DNA of 64,000 nucleotides from Escherichia coli (GTDB lineage Bacteria; Pseudomonadota; Gammaproteobacteria; Enterobacterales; Enterobacteriaceae): NCBI RefSeq assembly GCF_041886205.1, contig NZ_CP169029.1; one strand, 5' to 3'. Shown piece by piece: positions 51,426 to 64,000 of this stretch (position 1 is its first letter; each line of letters starts with the position of its first letter). The notes under the pieces were generated by a model. It saw only the letters and a program-made list of their open reading frames with translations, ran no database searches and was not told where the DNA came from. The position numbers and the translations under genes were made by a program.

Positions 51426-53069
51426 ATGGAACTTCTTGTACTTGTCTGGCGGCAGTATCGCTGGCCATTTATCAGTGTGATGGCGCTAAGCCTCGCCAGT
51501 GCGGCATTAGGCATTGGCTTAATTGCTTTTATCAATCAGCGCCTTATCGAAACGGCGGATACCAGTCTGCTGGTATTGCCGGAGTTTCTGGGATTATTGC
51601 TGCTGTTGATGGCAGTCACTCTCGGATCGCAACTGGCGCTCACCACTTTGGGGCATCACTTCGTTTACCGACTGCGTAGTGAATTTATCAAGCGGATTCT
51701 GGATACCAACGTCGAGCGCATTGAACAACTCGGTAGCGCCTCGTTGCTGGCGGGATTAACCAGCGATGTGCGCAATATCACCATTGCTTTTGTGCGTCTT
51801 CCGGAACTGGTGCAGGGGATCATTCTCACTATCGGTTCCGCGGCGTATCTGTGGATGCTGTCGGGCAAAATGTTGCTGGTAACGGCTATCTGGATGGCGA
51901 TCACCATCTGGGGTGGTTTTGTACTGGTGGCGCGGGTGTACAAACATATGGCGACCCTGCGTGAAACCGAAGACAAGCTGTATACGGATTTTCAAACTGT
52001 ACTCGAAGGGCGCAAAGAGCTGACTCTGAACCGGGAACGCGCCGAGTATGTGTTTAACAACCTCTACATCCCCGATGCGCAAGAGTATCGCCATCATATT
52101 ATTCGCGCAGACACCTTCCATCTTAGCGCCGTGAACTGGTCAAACATCATGATGCTGGGCGCTATCGGCCTGGTGTTCTGGATGGCGAACAGTCTCGGTT
52201 GGGCTGATACCAACGTTGCTGCGACCTATTCGTTGACGCTGTTATTCCTGCGTACGCCGCTGCTTTCGGCGGTTGGCGCATTGCCGACGCTGCTGACGGC
52301 GCAGGTGGCGTTTAACAAGCTGAACAAATTCGCGCTCGCGCCTTTCAAAGCTGAGTTTCCGCGCCCGCAGGCTTTTCCCAACTGGCAAACGCTGGAGTTG
52401 CGTAACGTGACGTTTAGCTATCAGGATAACGCGTTTTCCGTTGGGCCGATTAACCTCACCATCAAACGTGGTGAACTGCTGTTTCTGATTGGTGGCAACG
52501 GTAGTGGAAAATCGACGCTGGCGATGTTGCTGACGGGCTTGTACCAACCACAAAGCGGCGAAATCTTGCTGGATGGCAAACCTGTCAGCGGCGAACAACC
52601 GGAAGATTATCGCAAACTGTTTTCGGCAGTGTTTACCGATGTCTGGCTGTTTGATCAACTGCTGGGGCCGGAGGGGCAACCCGCTAATCCGCAACTGGTT
52701 GAGAAGTGGCTGGCGCAGCTGAAAATGGCTCATAAGCTTGAGTTAAGCAACGGGCGTATTGTTAACCTGAAGTTATCAAAAGGGCAGAAAAAACGCGTGG
52801 CGCTGTTGCTGGCGCTGGCAGAAGAACGCGATATTATCCTGCTGGATGAATGGGCGGCGGATCAGGATCCACACTTCCGTCGTGAGTTTTATCAGGTGTT
52901 GCTGCCGCTGATGCAGGAGATGGGTAAAACTATTTTCGCTATCAGTCATGATGATCATTACTTTATCCACGCCGACCGCCTGCTGGAAATGCGCAACGGG
53001 CAACTTAGCGAGCTGACGGGCGAAGAGCGCGATGCCGCTTCGCGTGATGCCGTTGCCCGGACGGCATAA
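51426..53069 (+). CDS. yojI: ABC transporter YojI (fused permease-ATPase; microcin J25 efflux)
   Basis: 547 aa; TMD then Walker [10 protein letters not shown], signature [11 protein letters not shown], Walker [12 protein letters not shown]. Confidence 0.9.
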   Translation: MELLVLVWRQYRWPFISVMALSLASAALGIGLIAFINQRLIETADTSLLVLPEFLGLLLLLMAVTLGSQLALTTLGHHFVYRLRSEFIKRILDTNVERIEQLGSASLLAGLTSDVRNITIAFVRLPELVQGIILTIGSAAYLWMLSGKMLLVTAIWMAITIWGGFVLVARVYKHMATLRETEDKLYTDFQTVLEGRKELTLNRERAEYVFNNLYIPDAQEYRHHIIRADTFHLSAVNWSNIMMLGAIGLVFWMANSLGWADTNVAATYSLTLLFLRTPLLSAVGALPTLLTAQVAFNKLNKFALAPFKAEFPRPQAFPNWQTLELRNVTFSYQDNAFSVGPINLTIKRGELLFLIGGNGSGKSTLAMLLTGLYQPQSGEILLDGKPVSGEQPEDYRKLFSAVFTDVWLFDQLLGPEGQPANPQLVEKWLAQLKMAHKLELSNGRIVNLKLSKGQKKRVALLLALAEERDIILLDEWAADQDPHFRREFYQVLLPLMQEMGKTIFAISHDDHYFIHADRLLEMRNGQLSELTGEERDAASRDAVARTA

Positions 53070-53081
53070 TATTACGACGCT

Positions 53082-53108
53082 GACCTGGCGGACTGCTGCC
53101 GCCAGGTC
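53082..53108 (+). terminator. Putative terminator hairpin after yojI
   Basis: GACCTGGCGG-actgctg-CCGCCAGGTC 10 bp stem; weak T-tract. Confidence 0.4.
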
Positions 53109-53274
53109 AATATTCTAAAAATCCCTTCATTTCTAATAACCCTATAATTAATCAACGAAATTATAATGTTTCTAAAATTAGAATATAATTTATAAACATT
53201 ATTTAAATGTTGTTACTTAAGTGTTACCGTTGATGCCGCGCAAATCTCACCTGCAATAAAGCGACTAAAAGTAA

Positions 53275-54933
<1,659 letters not shown>

Positions 54934-54939
54934 TGATGT

Positions 54940-54970
54940 GCCACATCCGGCATGGTATGCCGGATGTGGC
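54940..54970. terminator. Perfect 13 bp stem hairpin just after the mqo stop, likely bidirectional terminator for mqo and eco
   Basis: CCACATCCGGCAT-ggt-ATGCCGGATGTGG; sits between convergent mqo and eco, upstream of the REP pair. Confidence 0.5.
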
Positions 54971-54974
54971 GTAT

Positions 54975-55060
54975 GCTGATAAGACGCGCCAGCGTCTTAT
55001 CAGGCAACCGGCTCGGGCGTTAGATGTCGGATGCGGCGTGACCGCCTTATTCGGCCTACG
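54975..55060. repeat. REP pair between convergent mqo and eco
   Basis: GCTGATAAGACGCGCCAGCGTCTTATCAGGC and GTCGGATGCGGCGTGACCGCCTTATTCGGCCTACG. Confidence 0.6.
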
Positions 55061-55082
55061 GGGTGCCGCACTTCACAGCATT

Positions 55083-55571
55083 TTAGCGAACTACCGCGTT
55101 GTCAATTTTCTCTTCCGCCTTCCAGACGCGGTACTTCACATCTACATTGTCTGGCGTATACACCACGATCGGCTGCTTGCTGTTGTAACGCAGCATTCCA
55201 GCATCGCCCAGATACGCGGTGACAAATTTCTTCTCTTTCTTGCCATCCGGGCAGGCCATCATCGTGGAAACCGGCGAGCTAACTTTATCAAAGACATAAT
55301 AATCATAGCCCCAGCCTTCCAGCATTTTGTTTTCCAGCTTCCCGCCGAGACGATGCAAATTGCAATCGACTTCCAGCGTCTGACCGATTAACAGTTCTAC
55401 TTTCAGGGTAGATTCATCTTCTTGCGGGGTTAACTGAATCACCTGACGCTTCATGCCTTTTTCAGCTTGTGGATAAGGCGCGATTTTTTCCAGTGGCTGG
55501 ACGCTTTCTGCCGCCCAGGCGGAAGTGGTAGCGAAAGCGGCAAACAATACTGCAGGTAGAATGGTCTTCAT
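55083..55571 (-). CDS. eco: Ecotin, periplasmic serine-protease inhibitor
   Basis: ORF 55083..55592 trimmed to M8 ([20 protein letters not shown] signal), 162 aa; reactive-site region ...[16 protein letters not shown]. Confidence 0.95.
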   Translation of the reverse strand: MKTILPAVLFAAFATTSAWAAESVQPLEKIAPYPQAEKGMKRQVIQLTPQEDESTLKVELLIGQTLEVDCNLHRLGGKLENKMLEGWGYDYYVFDKVSSPVSTMMACPDGKKEKKFVTAYLGDAGMLRYNSKQPIVVYTPDNVDVKYRVWKAEEKIDNAVVR

Positions 55572-55848
55572 TTTTTTGCTTTCCTTCTTCATTTATAGGT
55601 TTCACCGATGATGTCGCTGAAGGTTAACATATTCATCAGATTTATTAATTTGCTTTATGAATAACTTAAAGAATATTCAGACAATTTTACCTGCTCTTTT
55701 AGTGTTAAATTCTAATGAGAGAGCAAACCAGCAGAAATATCTCTGGTGAATTAATCGCTATATAAATATATTTATAACCATTTGAAATGTGAGCAAAAGC
55801 CCGTTTTTGCCACGCTTCCCGCCACTCTTTTGATCCTGCTACAGGTTT

Positions 55849-55864
55849 TACCTCGATCGGGGTA
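55849..55864 (+). promoter_or_regulatory. 7-2-7 NarL/NarP heptamer inverted repeat in the napF promoter
   Basis: TACCTCG-AT-CGGGGTA, a near-perfect palindrome of TACYYMT-type heptamers about 115-130 bp upstream of the napF start. Confidence 0.5.
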
Positions 55865-55977
55865 TGCATCTTTGACACATCCTTTAATATCTTAGCGGCT
55901 ATAAAAATGGCTTATTAATTATGCGGTTTATTTGGTCGCTCTCAATTTTCAGAGCGCGTTAATGATGGAAGGTCAAT

Positions 55978-56472
55978 GTGAAGATTGATGCATCCCGTCG
56001 GGGCATACTCACTGGTCGCTGGCGCAAAGCCAGTAACGGTATCCGTCCGCCCTGGTCCGGTGATGAATCTCATTTTCTGACCCATTGCACCCGCTGCGAC
56101 GCCTGTATTAATGCTTGTGAAAACAACATTCTGCAACGCGGCGCGGGCGGCTATCCGAGCGTTAATTTCAAAAATAACGAGTGCAGCTTCTGTTACGCCT
56201 GCGCGCAGGCTTGCCCCGAATCGCTATTTTCTCCGCGCCACACCAGGGCCTGGGATTTGCAGTTCACCATTGGGGACGCGTGCCTGGCGTATCAGTCTGT
56301 TGAATGCCGCCGCTGTCAGGATAGCTGTGAGCCAATGGCAATTATCTTTCGCCCGACGCTCTCCGGGATCTACCAGCCGCAACTTAATAGCCAACTTTGC
56401 AACGGATGTGGAGCATGTGCAGCCAGCTGTCCGGTATCAGCCATAACTGCGGAGTATCTCCATGCACACTAA
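55978..56472 (+). CDS. napF: Ferredoxin-type protein NapF
   Basis: 164 aa with multiple CxxCxxCxxxCP clusters; apparent GTG start (only start codon after the in-frame stop), GGAAGG RBS upstream. Confidence 0.9.
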   Translation: MKIDASRRGILTGRWRKASNGIRPPWSGDESHFLTHCTRCDACINACENNILQRGAGGYPSVNFKNNECSFCYACAQACPESLFSPRHTRAWDLQFTIGDACLAYQSVECRRCQDSCEPMAIIFRPTLSGIYQPQLNSQLCNGCGACAASCPVSAITAEYLHAH

Positions 56473-56725
56473 CTGGCAAGTTTGCAGCCTGGTCGTGCAG
56501 GCCAAAAGCGAACGAATTTCAGACATCAGCACCCAACTGAACGCCTTTCCCGGCTGTGAAGTTGCTGTCAGCGACGCGCCGAGCGGTCAGTTGATTGTGG
56601 TGGTGGAAGCAGAAGACAGCGAAACGCTGATCCAAACCATTGAGTCAGTACGCAACGTAGAGGGCGTGCTGGCGGTGTCGCTGGTTTATCACCAGCAGGA
56701 AGAGCAAGGTGAGGAAACACCATGA
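56462..56725 (+). CDS. napD: NapD, NapA signal-peptide-binding chaperone
   Basis: 87 aa; [36 protein letters not shown]; overlaps napF and napA. Confidence 0.9.
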   Translation: MHTNWQVCSLVVQAKSERISDISTQLNAFPGCEVAVSDAPSGQLIVVVEAEDSETLIQTIESVRNVEGVLAVSLVYHQQEEQGEETP

Positions 56726-59208
56726 AACTCAGTCGTCGTAGCTTTATGAAAGCTAACGCCGTTGCGGCCGCTGCGGCGGCTGCCGGTCTCAGCGTGCCGG
56801 GCGTTGCCCGCGCCGTTGTTGGTCAGCAGGAAGCCATCAAATGGGATAAAGCGCCGTGCCGTTTCTGCGGTACTGGTTGCGGCGTTCTGGTCGGAACGCA
56901 GCAGGGACGTGTGGTGGCCTGTCAGGGCGACCCGGACGCACCGGTTAACCGTGGCCTGAACTGCATTAAGGGCTATTTCCTGCCCAAAATCATGTACGGT
57001 AAAGACCGTTTGACGCAGCCGCTGCTGCGTATGAAAAACGGTAAATATGACAAAGAAGGCGAATTTACCCCAATCACCTGGGATCAGGCCTTCGATGTGA
57101 TGGAAGAGAAATTCAAAACCGCCCTGAAAGAAAAAGGGCCGGAATCGATCGGTATGTTCGGTTCTGGTCAGTGGACTATCTGGGAAGGTTATGCCGCGTC
57201 CAAGCTGTTTAAAGCGGGCTTCCGTTCGAACAACATCGACCCGAACGCGCGTCACTGTATGGCGTCGGCAGTAGTTGGCTTTATGCGTACCTTTGGTATG
57301 GATGAGCCGATGGGCTGCTATGACGACATCGAGCAGGCTGACGCGTTTGTGCTGTGGGGCGCAAACATGGCGGAAATGCACCCGATCCTCTGGTCGCGCA
57401 TCACTAACCGTCGTCTCTCTAACCAGAACGTCACCGTGGCGGTGCTTTCTACCTACCAGCATCGTAGCTTCGAGCTGGCGGATAACGGCATCATCTTTAC
57501 GCCACAGTCTGACCTGGTGATCCTGAACTACATCGCCAACTATATCATTCAAAACAATGCGATAAATCAGGACTTCTTCAGCAAACACGTTAACCTGCGC
57601 AAAGGGGCGACGGACATCGGCTACGGTTTACGTCCGACCCATCCGCTGGAAAAAGCAGCGAAGAATCCAGGTTCTGACGCCTCCGAACCGATGAGCTTTG
57701 AAGATTACAAAGCCTTCGTTGCTGAGTATACGCTGGAAAAAACCGCTGAAATGACCGGCGTACCGAAAGACCAGTTAGAACAACTGGCGCAGCTGTATGC
57801 CGATCCGAACAAGAAAGTCATCTCCTACTGGACGATGGGCTTCAACCAGCATACTCGTGGCGTGTGGGCCAACAACCTTGTCTACAACCTGCACCTGCTG
57901 ACCGGCAAAATTTCCCAGCCGGGTTGCGGTCCATTCTCCCTGACCGGGCAGCCTTCTGCGTGTGGTACTGCGCGTGAAGTGGGCACCTTTGCTCACCGTC
58001 TGCCTGCGGACATGGTGGTGACTAACGAGAAACACCGTGATATTTGCGAGAAGAAGTGGAATATCCCGAGCGGCACCATTCCGGCGAAAATCGGTCTGCA
58101 CGCGGTGGCACAGGACCGTGCGCTGAAAGACGGCAAGCTGAATGTTTACTGGACCATGTGTACCAACAACATGCAGGCCGGGCCGAACATCAATGAAGAG
58201 CGTATGCCGGGCTGGCGCGATCCGCGCAACTTCATCATCGTCTCCGATCCGTATCCGACAGTCAGTGCGCTGGCCGCCGACTTGATCCTGCCGACCGCAA
58301 TGTGGGTAGAGAAAGAGGGCGCTTACGGTAACGCCGAACGCCGTACTCAGTTCTGGCGTCAGCAAGTACAGGCACCTGGCGAAGCGAAATCGGATCTCTG
58401 GCAGTTAGTCCAGTTCTCCCGCCGCTTCAAAACTGAAGAAGTATGGCCGGAAGAGCTGCTGGCGAAGAAACCGGAACTGCGTGGCAAAACGCTGTACGAA
58501 GTTCTGTATGCCACCCCCGAAGTGAGCAAATTCCCGGTATCCGAACTGGCGGAAGATCAGCTGAACGATGAATCCCGCGAGCTGGGCTTCTATCTGCAAA
58601 AAGGGCTGTTCGAAGAGTACGCATGGTTTGGTCGCGGTCACGGTCACGATCTGGCACCGTTCGATGACTACCACAAAGCGCGCGGTCTGCGCTGGCCGGT
58701 GGTGAACGGTAAAGAAACGCAGTGGCGTTACAGCGAAGGTAACGACCCGTACGTGAAAGCGGGCGAAGGCTACAAGTTCTACGGTAAACCGGATGGCAAA
58801 GCGGTGATCTTCGCGCTGCCGTTCGAACCGGCGGCGGAAGCACCGGATGAAGAGTACGACCTGTGGCTCTCTACCGGACGCGTTCTGGAGCACTGGCACA
58901 CCGGCAGTATGACTCGCCGTGTACCAGAACTGCACCGCGCCTTCCCGGAAGCGGTCCTGTTTATTCACCCGCTGGATGCGAAAGCGCGCGATCTGCGTCG
59001 TGGCGACAAAGTGAAAGTGGTTTCTCGCCGTGGCGAAGTGATCTCGATTGTCGAAACGCGCGGTCGTAACCGTCCGCCGCAGGGCCTGGTGTACATGCCG
59101 TTCTTCGACGCCGCACAGCTGGTTAACAAACTAACGCTGGACGCGACCGATCCGCTCTCGAAAGAGACGGACTTCAAGAAGTGCGCAGTCAAACTGGAGA
59201 AGGTGTAA
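56722..59208 (+). CDS. napA: Periplasmic nitrate reductase catalytic subunit NapA (Mo-bisMGD, Tat-exported)
   Basis: 828 aa; Tat motif SRRSFMK; 4Fe-4[10 protein letters not shown]. Confidence 0.97.
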   Translation: MKLSRRSFMKANAVAAAAAAAGLSVPGVARAVVGQQEAIKWDKAPCRFCGTGCGVLVGTQQGRVVACQGDPDAPVNRGLNCIKGYFLPKIMYGKDRLTQPLLRMKNGKYDKEGEFTPITWDQAFDVMEEKFKTALKEKGPESIGMFGSGQWTIWEGYAASKLFKAGFRSNNIDPNARHCMASAVVGFMRTFGMDEPMGCYDDIEQADAFVLWGANMAEMHPILWSRITNRRLSNQNVTVAVLSTYQHRSFELADNGIIFTPQSDLVILNYIANYIIQNNAINQDFFSKHVNLRKGATDIGYGLRPTHPLEKAAKNPGSDASEPMSFEDYKAFVAEYTLEKTAEMTGVPKDQLEQLAQLYADPNKKVISYWTMGFNQHTRGVWANNLVYNLHLLTGKISQPGCGPFSLTGQPSACGTAREVGTFAHRLPADMVVTNEKHRDICEKKWNIPSGTIPAKIGLHAVAQDRALKDGKLNVYWTMCTNNMQAGPNINEERMPGWRDPRNFIIVSDPYPTVSALAADLILPTAMWVEKEGAYGNAERRTQFWRQQVQAPGEAKSDLWQLVQFSRRFKTEEVWPEELLAKKPELRGKTLYEVLYATPEVSKFPVSELAEDQLNDESRELGFYLQKGLFEEYAWFGRGHGHDLAPFDDYHKARGLRWPVVNGKETQWRYSEGNDPYVKAGEGYKFYGKPDGKAVIFALPFEPAAEAPDEEYDLWLSTGRVLEHWHTGSMTRRVPELHRAFPEAVLFIHPLDAKARDLRRGDKVKVVSRRGEVISIVETRGRNRPPQGLVYMPFFDAAQLVNKLTLDATDPLSKETDFKKCAVKLEKV

Positions 59209-59214
59209 GCCATT

Positions 59215-59910
59215 ATGTCCCGGTCAGCGAAACCTCAAAATGGTCGCCGCCGCTTTCTGCGCGATGTTGTTCGCACAGCAGGCGGGCTGGCTGCCGTGGG
59301 TGTGGCGCTGGGGTTACAACAGCAAACCGCACGCGCATCTGGCGTGCGGTTGCGCCCGCCCGGAGCCATAAACGAGAACGCCTTTGCCAGTGCCTGTGTG
59401 CGTTGCGGTCAGTGTGTTCAGGCTTGCCCTTACGACACCTTAAAACTGGCGACGCTGGCCTCTGGTCTGTCGGCGGGCACGCCATATTTTGTCGCACGGG
59501 ATATTCCTTGCGAAATGTGTGAGGACATTCCGTGCGCCAAAGTGTGCCCGAGCGGTGCGCTGGATCGTGAGATCGAATCGATCGACGACGCGCGGATGGG
59601 GCTGGCGGTACTGGTGGACCAGGAAAACTGTCTCAACTTTCAGGGGCTGCGCTGCGATGTTTGTTATCGCGAATGCCCGAAAATTGATGAGGCCATCACC
59701 CTGGAGCTGGAGCGCAACACGCGTACCGGTAAGCACGCCCGCTTTCTGCCGACGGTTCACAGCGACGCCTGTACCGGTTGCGGTAAGTGCGAAAAAGTGT
59801 GCGTGCTGGAACAACCGGCAATCAAGGTGTTACCGCTGTCACTGGCGAAAGGGGAGTTAGGTCACCATTACCGCTTCGGCTGGCTGGAGGGGAACAATGG
59901 CAAATCGTAA
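59215..59910 (+). CDS. napG: NapG ferredoxin-type subunit (Tat signal)
   Basis: 231 aa; RRRFLRD Tat motif; four Cys clusters. Confidence 0.95.
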
Positions 59911-60760
59911 ACGTGACGCCGGGCGCGAGGCGCTGGAGAAAAAAGGCTGGTGGCGCAGTCACCGTTGGCTGGTGTTACGTCGCCTTTGTCAGTTCTTCGT
60001 GCTGGGGATGTTTTTGAGCGGTCCGTGGTTTGGTGTGTGGATCTTGCACGGCAACTACAGCAGTAGCCTGTTATTCGACACCGTTCCGCTGACCGATCCG
60101 CTGATGACGCTGCAAAGTCTTGCCAGTGGTCATCTGCCTGCCACGGTGGCGTTGACCGGTGCGGTGATTATCACCGTGCTCTACGCCCTGGCAGGAAAGC
60201 GATTATTTTGCAGCTGGGTCTGCCCGCTGAACCCGATTACCGACTTAGCAAATTGGTTACGCAGGCGCTTTGACCTCAATCAGTCTGCGACGATCCCTCG
60301 CCACATTCGCTACGTGCTGTTGGTGGTCATTCTGCTGGGATCGGCCTTAACCGGCACGCTCATCTGGGAATGGATCAACCCCGTTTCCCTGATGGGGCGT
60401 AGCCTGGTAATGGGCTTCGGCAGCGGCGCGCTGCTTATTCTCGCGCTGTTTTTATTTGATCTACTGGTCGTTGAACACGGCTGGTGCGGGCACATTTGTC
60501 CGGTTGGCGCGCTGTATGGCGTGCTGGGTAGCAAAGGTGTGATTACCGTTGCGGCCACCGATCGGCAGAAATGTAACCGCTGTATGGATTGTTTTCATGT
60601 TTGCCCGGAACCGCATGTGCTACGTGCCCCGGTGCTGGATGAACAAAGCCCGGTGCAGGTCACCAGCCGCGATTGCATGACGTGCGGTCGCTGCGTGGAT
60701 GTCTGTTCTGAGGATGTATTTACAATAACTACACGATGGAGTTCGGGAGCGAAATCATGA
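59897..60760 (+). CDS. napH: NapH membrane-bound ferredoxin-type subunit
   Basis: 287 aa; TM segments plus C-terminal CxxCxxCxxxCP motifs; overlaps napG and napB. Confidence 0.95.
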
Positions 60761-61206
60761 AAAGCCATGACCTGAAGAAAGCGCTGTGTCAATGGACGGC
60801 GATGCTGGCCCTGGTGGTAAGCGGCGCGGTTTGGGCGGCTAATGGCGTCGATTTTAGCCAGTCGCCGGAAGTATCCGGGACGCAGGAAGGGGCCATTCGG
60901 ATGCCAAAAGAGCAGGATCGGATGCCGCTGAACTATGTGAATCAGCCGCCAATGATCCCGCATAGCGTTGAAGGTTATCAGGTAACGACCAATACCAACC
61001 GCTGCTTACAGTGCCACGGTGTCGAAAGTTATCGCACCACTGGCGCGCCGCGTATCAGTCCTACTCACTTTATGGACAGTGACGGCAAAGTGGGCGCAGA
61101 AGTGGCTCCGCGTCGTTATTTCTGTCTGCAATGTCACGTACCGCAGGCCGATACCGCGCCAATCGTGGGGAATACCTTTACCCCATCAAAAGGTTACGGG
61201 AAATAA
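60757..61206 (+). CDS. napB: NapB diheme cytochrome c
   Basis: ORF 60736..61206 trimmed to M8 ([27 protein letters not shown]), 149 aa; two CxxCH motifs (CLQCH, CLQCH). Confidence 0.95.
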   Translation: MKSHDLKKALCQWTAMLALVVSGAVWAANGVDFSQSPEVSGTQEGAIRMPKEQDRMPLNYVNQPPMIPHSVEGYQVTTNTNRCLQCHGVESYRTTGAPRISPTHFMDSDGKVGAEVAPRRYFCLQCHVPQADTAPIVGNTFTPSKGYGK

Positions 61207-61215
61207 GAGGTTATT

Positions 61216-61818
61216 ATGGGAAATTCTGACAGTAAGCCTGGTCTGATTAAGCGCCTGTGGAAATGGTGGCGGACCCCCAGCCGTCTGGCGCTGGGGACGC
61301 TGCTGTTGATCGGTTTTGTCGGCGGCATCGTCTTCTGGGGCGGCTTTAACACTGGGATGGAAAAAGCCAATACCGAAGAGTTCTGCATTAGCTGCCACGA
61401 AATGCGTAACACGGTGTATCAGGAATACATGGATTCCGTGCACTACAACAACCGTAGCGGCGTCCGTGCGACCTGTCCGGATTGTCACGTTCCGCACGAG
61501 TTTGTGCCGAAGATGATACGCAAGCTCAAAGCAAGTAAAGAGCTGTATGGTAAAATTTTTGGCGTTATTGACACGCCGCAGAAATTTGAAGCTCATCGTC
61601 TGACGATGGCACAGAATGAGTGGCGGCGCATGAAGGACAATAACTCGCAGGAGTGCCGTAACTGTCACAACTTCGAGTATATGGATACAACCGCCCAGAA
61701 ATCGGTTGCCGCGAAGATGCATGACCAGGCGGTGAAAGATGGGCAAACCTGTATTGATTGCCATAAAGGGATAGCGCACAAGCTGCCCGATATGCGTGAA
61801 GTCGAGCCAGGTTTTTAA
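61216..61818 (+). CDS. napC: NapC tetraheme quinol dehydrogenase (NapC/NirT family)
   Basis: 200 aa; four CxxCH motifs (CISCH, CPDCH, CRNCH, CIDCH). Confidence 0.95.
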   Translation: MGNSDSKPGLIKRLWKWWRTPSRLALGTLLLIGFVGGIVFWGGFNTGMEKANTEEFCISCHEMRNTVYQEYMDSVHYNNRSGVRATCPDCHVPHEFVPKMIRKLKASKELYGKIFGVIDTPQKFEAHRLTMAQNEWRRMKDNNSQECRNCHNFEYMDTTAQKSVAAKMHDQAVKDGQTCIDCHKGIAHKLPDMREVEPGF

Positions 61819-61830
61819 CAGGGTTATTGC

Positions 61831-62454
61831 GTGGGTATGCTTGAAGCCAGAGAGTTACTTTGTGAGCGGGATGAACGAACCTTATTTAGTGGCTTGTCAT
61901 TTACGCTGAACGCAGGAGAGTGGGTACAAATCACCGGTAGCAACGGCGCGGGGAAGACAACGCTTCTCCGTTTGCTGACGGGGTTGTCTCGCCCTGACGC
62001 AGGCGAGGTTCTCTGGCAAGGGCGGCCCTTGCATCAGGTACGCGACAGTTACCATCAAAACCTGTTATGGATAGGCCATCAGCCGGGGATCAAAACCCGG
62101 CTGACGGCGTTAGAAAATCTGCACTTTTATCATCGCGATGGCGATGCCGCACAATGTCTGGAAGCCCTGGCGCAGGCCGGGCTTGCCGGATTCGAAGATA
62201 TTCCGGTAAATCAACTTTCTGCCGGGCAACAACGCCGCGTCGCTTTAGCGCGTCTGTGGCTGACCCGTGCCATGTTATGGATCCTCGACGAACCCTTTAC
62301 CGCGATTGATGTTAACGGCGTTGATCGCCTGACCCAGCGTATGGCGCAGCATACGGAGCAGGGGGGGATTGTGATTCTGACTACCCACCAGCCGCTCAAC
62401 GTTGCTGAAAATAAAATTCGCCGCATTTCACTGACGCAAACGAGGGCCGCATGA
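61831..62454 (+). CDS. ccmA: Cytochrome c maturation ABC ATPase CcmA
   Basis: 207 aa; Walker [10 protein letters not shown]; apparent GTG start; stop overlaps ccmB start. Confidence 0.95.
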   Translation: MGMLEARELLCERDERTLFSGLSFTLNAGEWVQITGSNGAGKTTLLRLLTGLSRPDAGEVLWQGRPLHQVRDSYHQNLLWIGHQPGIKTRLTALENLHFYHRDGDAAQCLEALAQAGLAGFEDIPVNQLSAGQQRRVALARLWLTRAMLWILDEPFTAIDVNGVDRLTQRMAQHTEQGGIVILTTHQPLNVAENKIRRISLTQTRAA

Positions 62455-63113
62455 TGTTCTGGCGCATTTTCCGTCTTGAGCTGCGCGTAGCGTTTCGCCA
62501 TAGCGCCGAAATCGCCAACCCGCTGTGGTTCTTCCTGATTGTAATTACCCTTTTTCCGCTCAGTATCGGTCCGGAGCCGCAACTGCTGGCGCGTATTGCA
62601 CCGGGCATTATCTGGGTTGCTGCGCTGCTTTCATCCTTGCTGGCGCTGGAACGATTGTTCCGTGACGATTTGCAGGACGGCAGTCTTGAACAATTGATGT
62701 TGTTGCCGTTACCCTTGCCCGCCGTTGTGCTGGCGAAGGTGATGGCGCACTGGATGGTAACCGGTCTGCCGTTACTCATCCTTTCGCCACTGGTAGCAAT
62801 GCTACTGGGAATGGATGTTTATGGCTGGCAAGTGATGGCGCTGACGCTGCTGCTGGGAACGCCTACGCTTGGCTTTCTCGGTGCACCGGGCGTGGCGCTG
62901 ACAGTGGGACTTAAGCGCGGTGGTGTGCTGCTCAGCATACTGGTGTTACCGCTGACTATCCCATTACTCATCTTTGCCACCGCCGCGATGGACGCGGCTT
63001 CTATGCATTTGCCCGTTGATGGGTATCTGGCAATTTTAGGCGCGTTGCTGGCAGGCACCGCGACTTTAAGTCCTTTTGCGACGGCGGCAGCGTTACGAAT
63101 CAGCATTCAATAA
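62451..63113 (+). CDS. ccmB: Heme exporter membrane protein CcmB
   Basis: 220 aa, polytopic; [31 protein letters not shown]. Confidence 0.95.
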
Positions 63114-63154
63114 CGCTGGATTACTGATTTTTGTTCGAGTCTGGTATCGAAACT

Positions 63155-63892
63155 ATGTGGAAAACACTGCATCAACTGGCGATCCCACCACGGCTGTATC
63201 AAATCTGTGGCTGGTTTATACCGTGGCTGGCAATTGCCAGTGTGGTCGTGCTTACCGTCGGCTGGATCTGGGGATTCGGCTTTGCTCCGGCTGATTATCA
63301 GCAGGGAAATAGCTACCGCATTATCTACCTGCATGTGCCTGCGGCGATCTGGTCGATGGGCATTTATGCATCAATGGCGGTGGCGGCGTTTATTGGTCTT
63401 GTCTGGCAGATGAAAATGGCCAACCTGGCGGTGGCGGCGATGGCCCCCATTGGTGCCGTGTTTACCTTTATTGCCCTGGTTACCGGCTCTGCATGGGGAA
63501 AACCGATGTGGGGCACCTGGTGGGTATGGGATGCACGTCTGACTTCTGAACTGGTGCTGCTGTTTTTGTATGTGGGTGTGATTGCCCTGTGGCACGCCTT
63601 CGACGACCGCCGTCTGGCGGGCCGTGCGGCAGGTATCCTGGTGCTGATTGGCGTGGTGAATCTGCCGATTATTCATTACTCCGTGGAGTGGTGGAACACC
63701 CTGCATCAGGGATCAACGCGGATGCAGCAAAGTATCGATCCGGCGATGCGTTCGCCGCTGCGCTGGTCGATTTTTGGCTTCCTGCTGCTGTCTGCCACGC
63801 TGACGCTGATGCGGATGCGTAATTTGATTTTGCTGATGGAAAAACGCCGTCCGTGGGTGAGTGAACTGATATTGAAAAGAGGCCGTAAATGA
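63155..63892 (+). CDS. ccmC: Heme exporter/lyase membrane protein CcmC
   Basis: ORF 63131..63892 trimmed to M9 (MWKTLHQLAIPPRLYQ), 245 aa; WGxxWxWD tryptophan-rich motif (WGTWWVWDARL). Confidence 0.95.
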   Translation: MWKTLHQLAIPPRLYQICGWFIPWLAIASVVVLTVGWIWGFGFAPADYQQGNSYRIIYLHVPAAIWSMGIYASMAVAAFIGLVWQMKMANLAVAAMAPIGAVFTFIALVTGSAWGKPMWGTWWVWDARLTSELVLLFLYVGVIALWHAFDDRRLAGRAAGILVLIGVVNLPIIHYSVEWWNTLHQGSTRMQQSIDPAMRSPLRWSIFGFLLLSATLTLMRMRNLILLMEKRRPWVSELILKRGRK

Positions 63893-64000
63893 CCCCTGCA
63901 TTTGCTTCCTGGAATGAATTTTTCGCAATGGGCGGTTACGCCTTTTTTGTCTGGCTGGCGGTGGTGATGACCGTTATTCCGCTGGTGGTTTTGGTCGTGC
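63889..64000 (+). CDS. ccmD: CcmD, 5' part (gene runs off the window end)
   Basis: ATG at 63889 overlapping the ccmC stop (ATGA); translation MTPAFASWNEFFAMGGYAFFVWLAVVMTVIPLVV matches CcmD; no stop within the window. Confidence 0.8.
   Translation, partial: MTPAFASWNEFFAMGGYAFFVWLAVVMTVIPLVVLVV

Noticed and set aside
55830..55843. FNR site call in the napF promoter as a confident feature
   Set aside because: Only the left half-site TTGAT matches the consensus; the right half (CTACA against ATCAA) is poor in my reading, so it is reported as a tentative finding rather than a feature.
56689..57588. 299 aa minus-strand ORF inside napA
   Set aside because: Antisense to napA.

Overview
The window reads as about 64 kb of Escherichia coli-type chromosome, in the reverse-complement orientation to how I recall K-12. 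In order: yfaZ (3' end), yfaY, rhmR-rhmD-rhmT-rhmA, rpnB/yfaD, glpCBA (minus) and glpTQ (plus), an AT-rich orphan gene, a LysR regulator and MFS transporter pair, inaA, yfaE-nrdB-nrdA (minus), yfaL, ubiG, gyrA, the five-gene yfaA-yfaT-yfaS-yfaQ-yfaP alpha-2-macroglobulin operon, rcsC, rcsB-rcsD, micF and ompC, apbE-ada-alkB-yojI-mqo, eco, napFDAGHBC and ccmABC(D, partial). Gene identities come from recognising the six-frame translations; no database search was possible. Starts were refined from the ORF track using remembered protein N-termini and visible ribosome-binding sites. I saw no IS elements, prophage genes, integrases, CRISPR arrays, tRNA or rRNA genes. The best candidate for something undescribed is a single low-GC gene at 14015..15121 (minus), with no family I can recognise, inside a roughly 1.75 kb AT-rich segment between glpQ and the LysR/MFS pair. 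The second candidate is the yfaA-yfaP operon, which is intact here, encodes only exported or membrane proteins, and has no established function. Non-coding coordinates were read by eye and may be off by a base or two.
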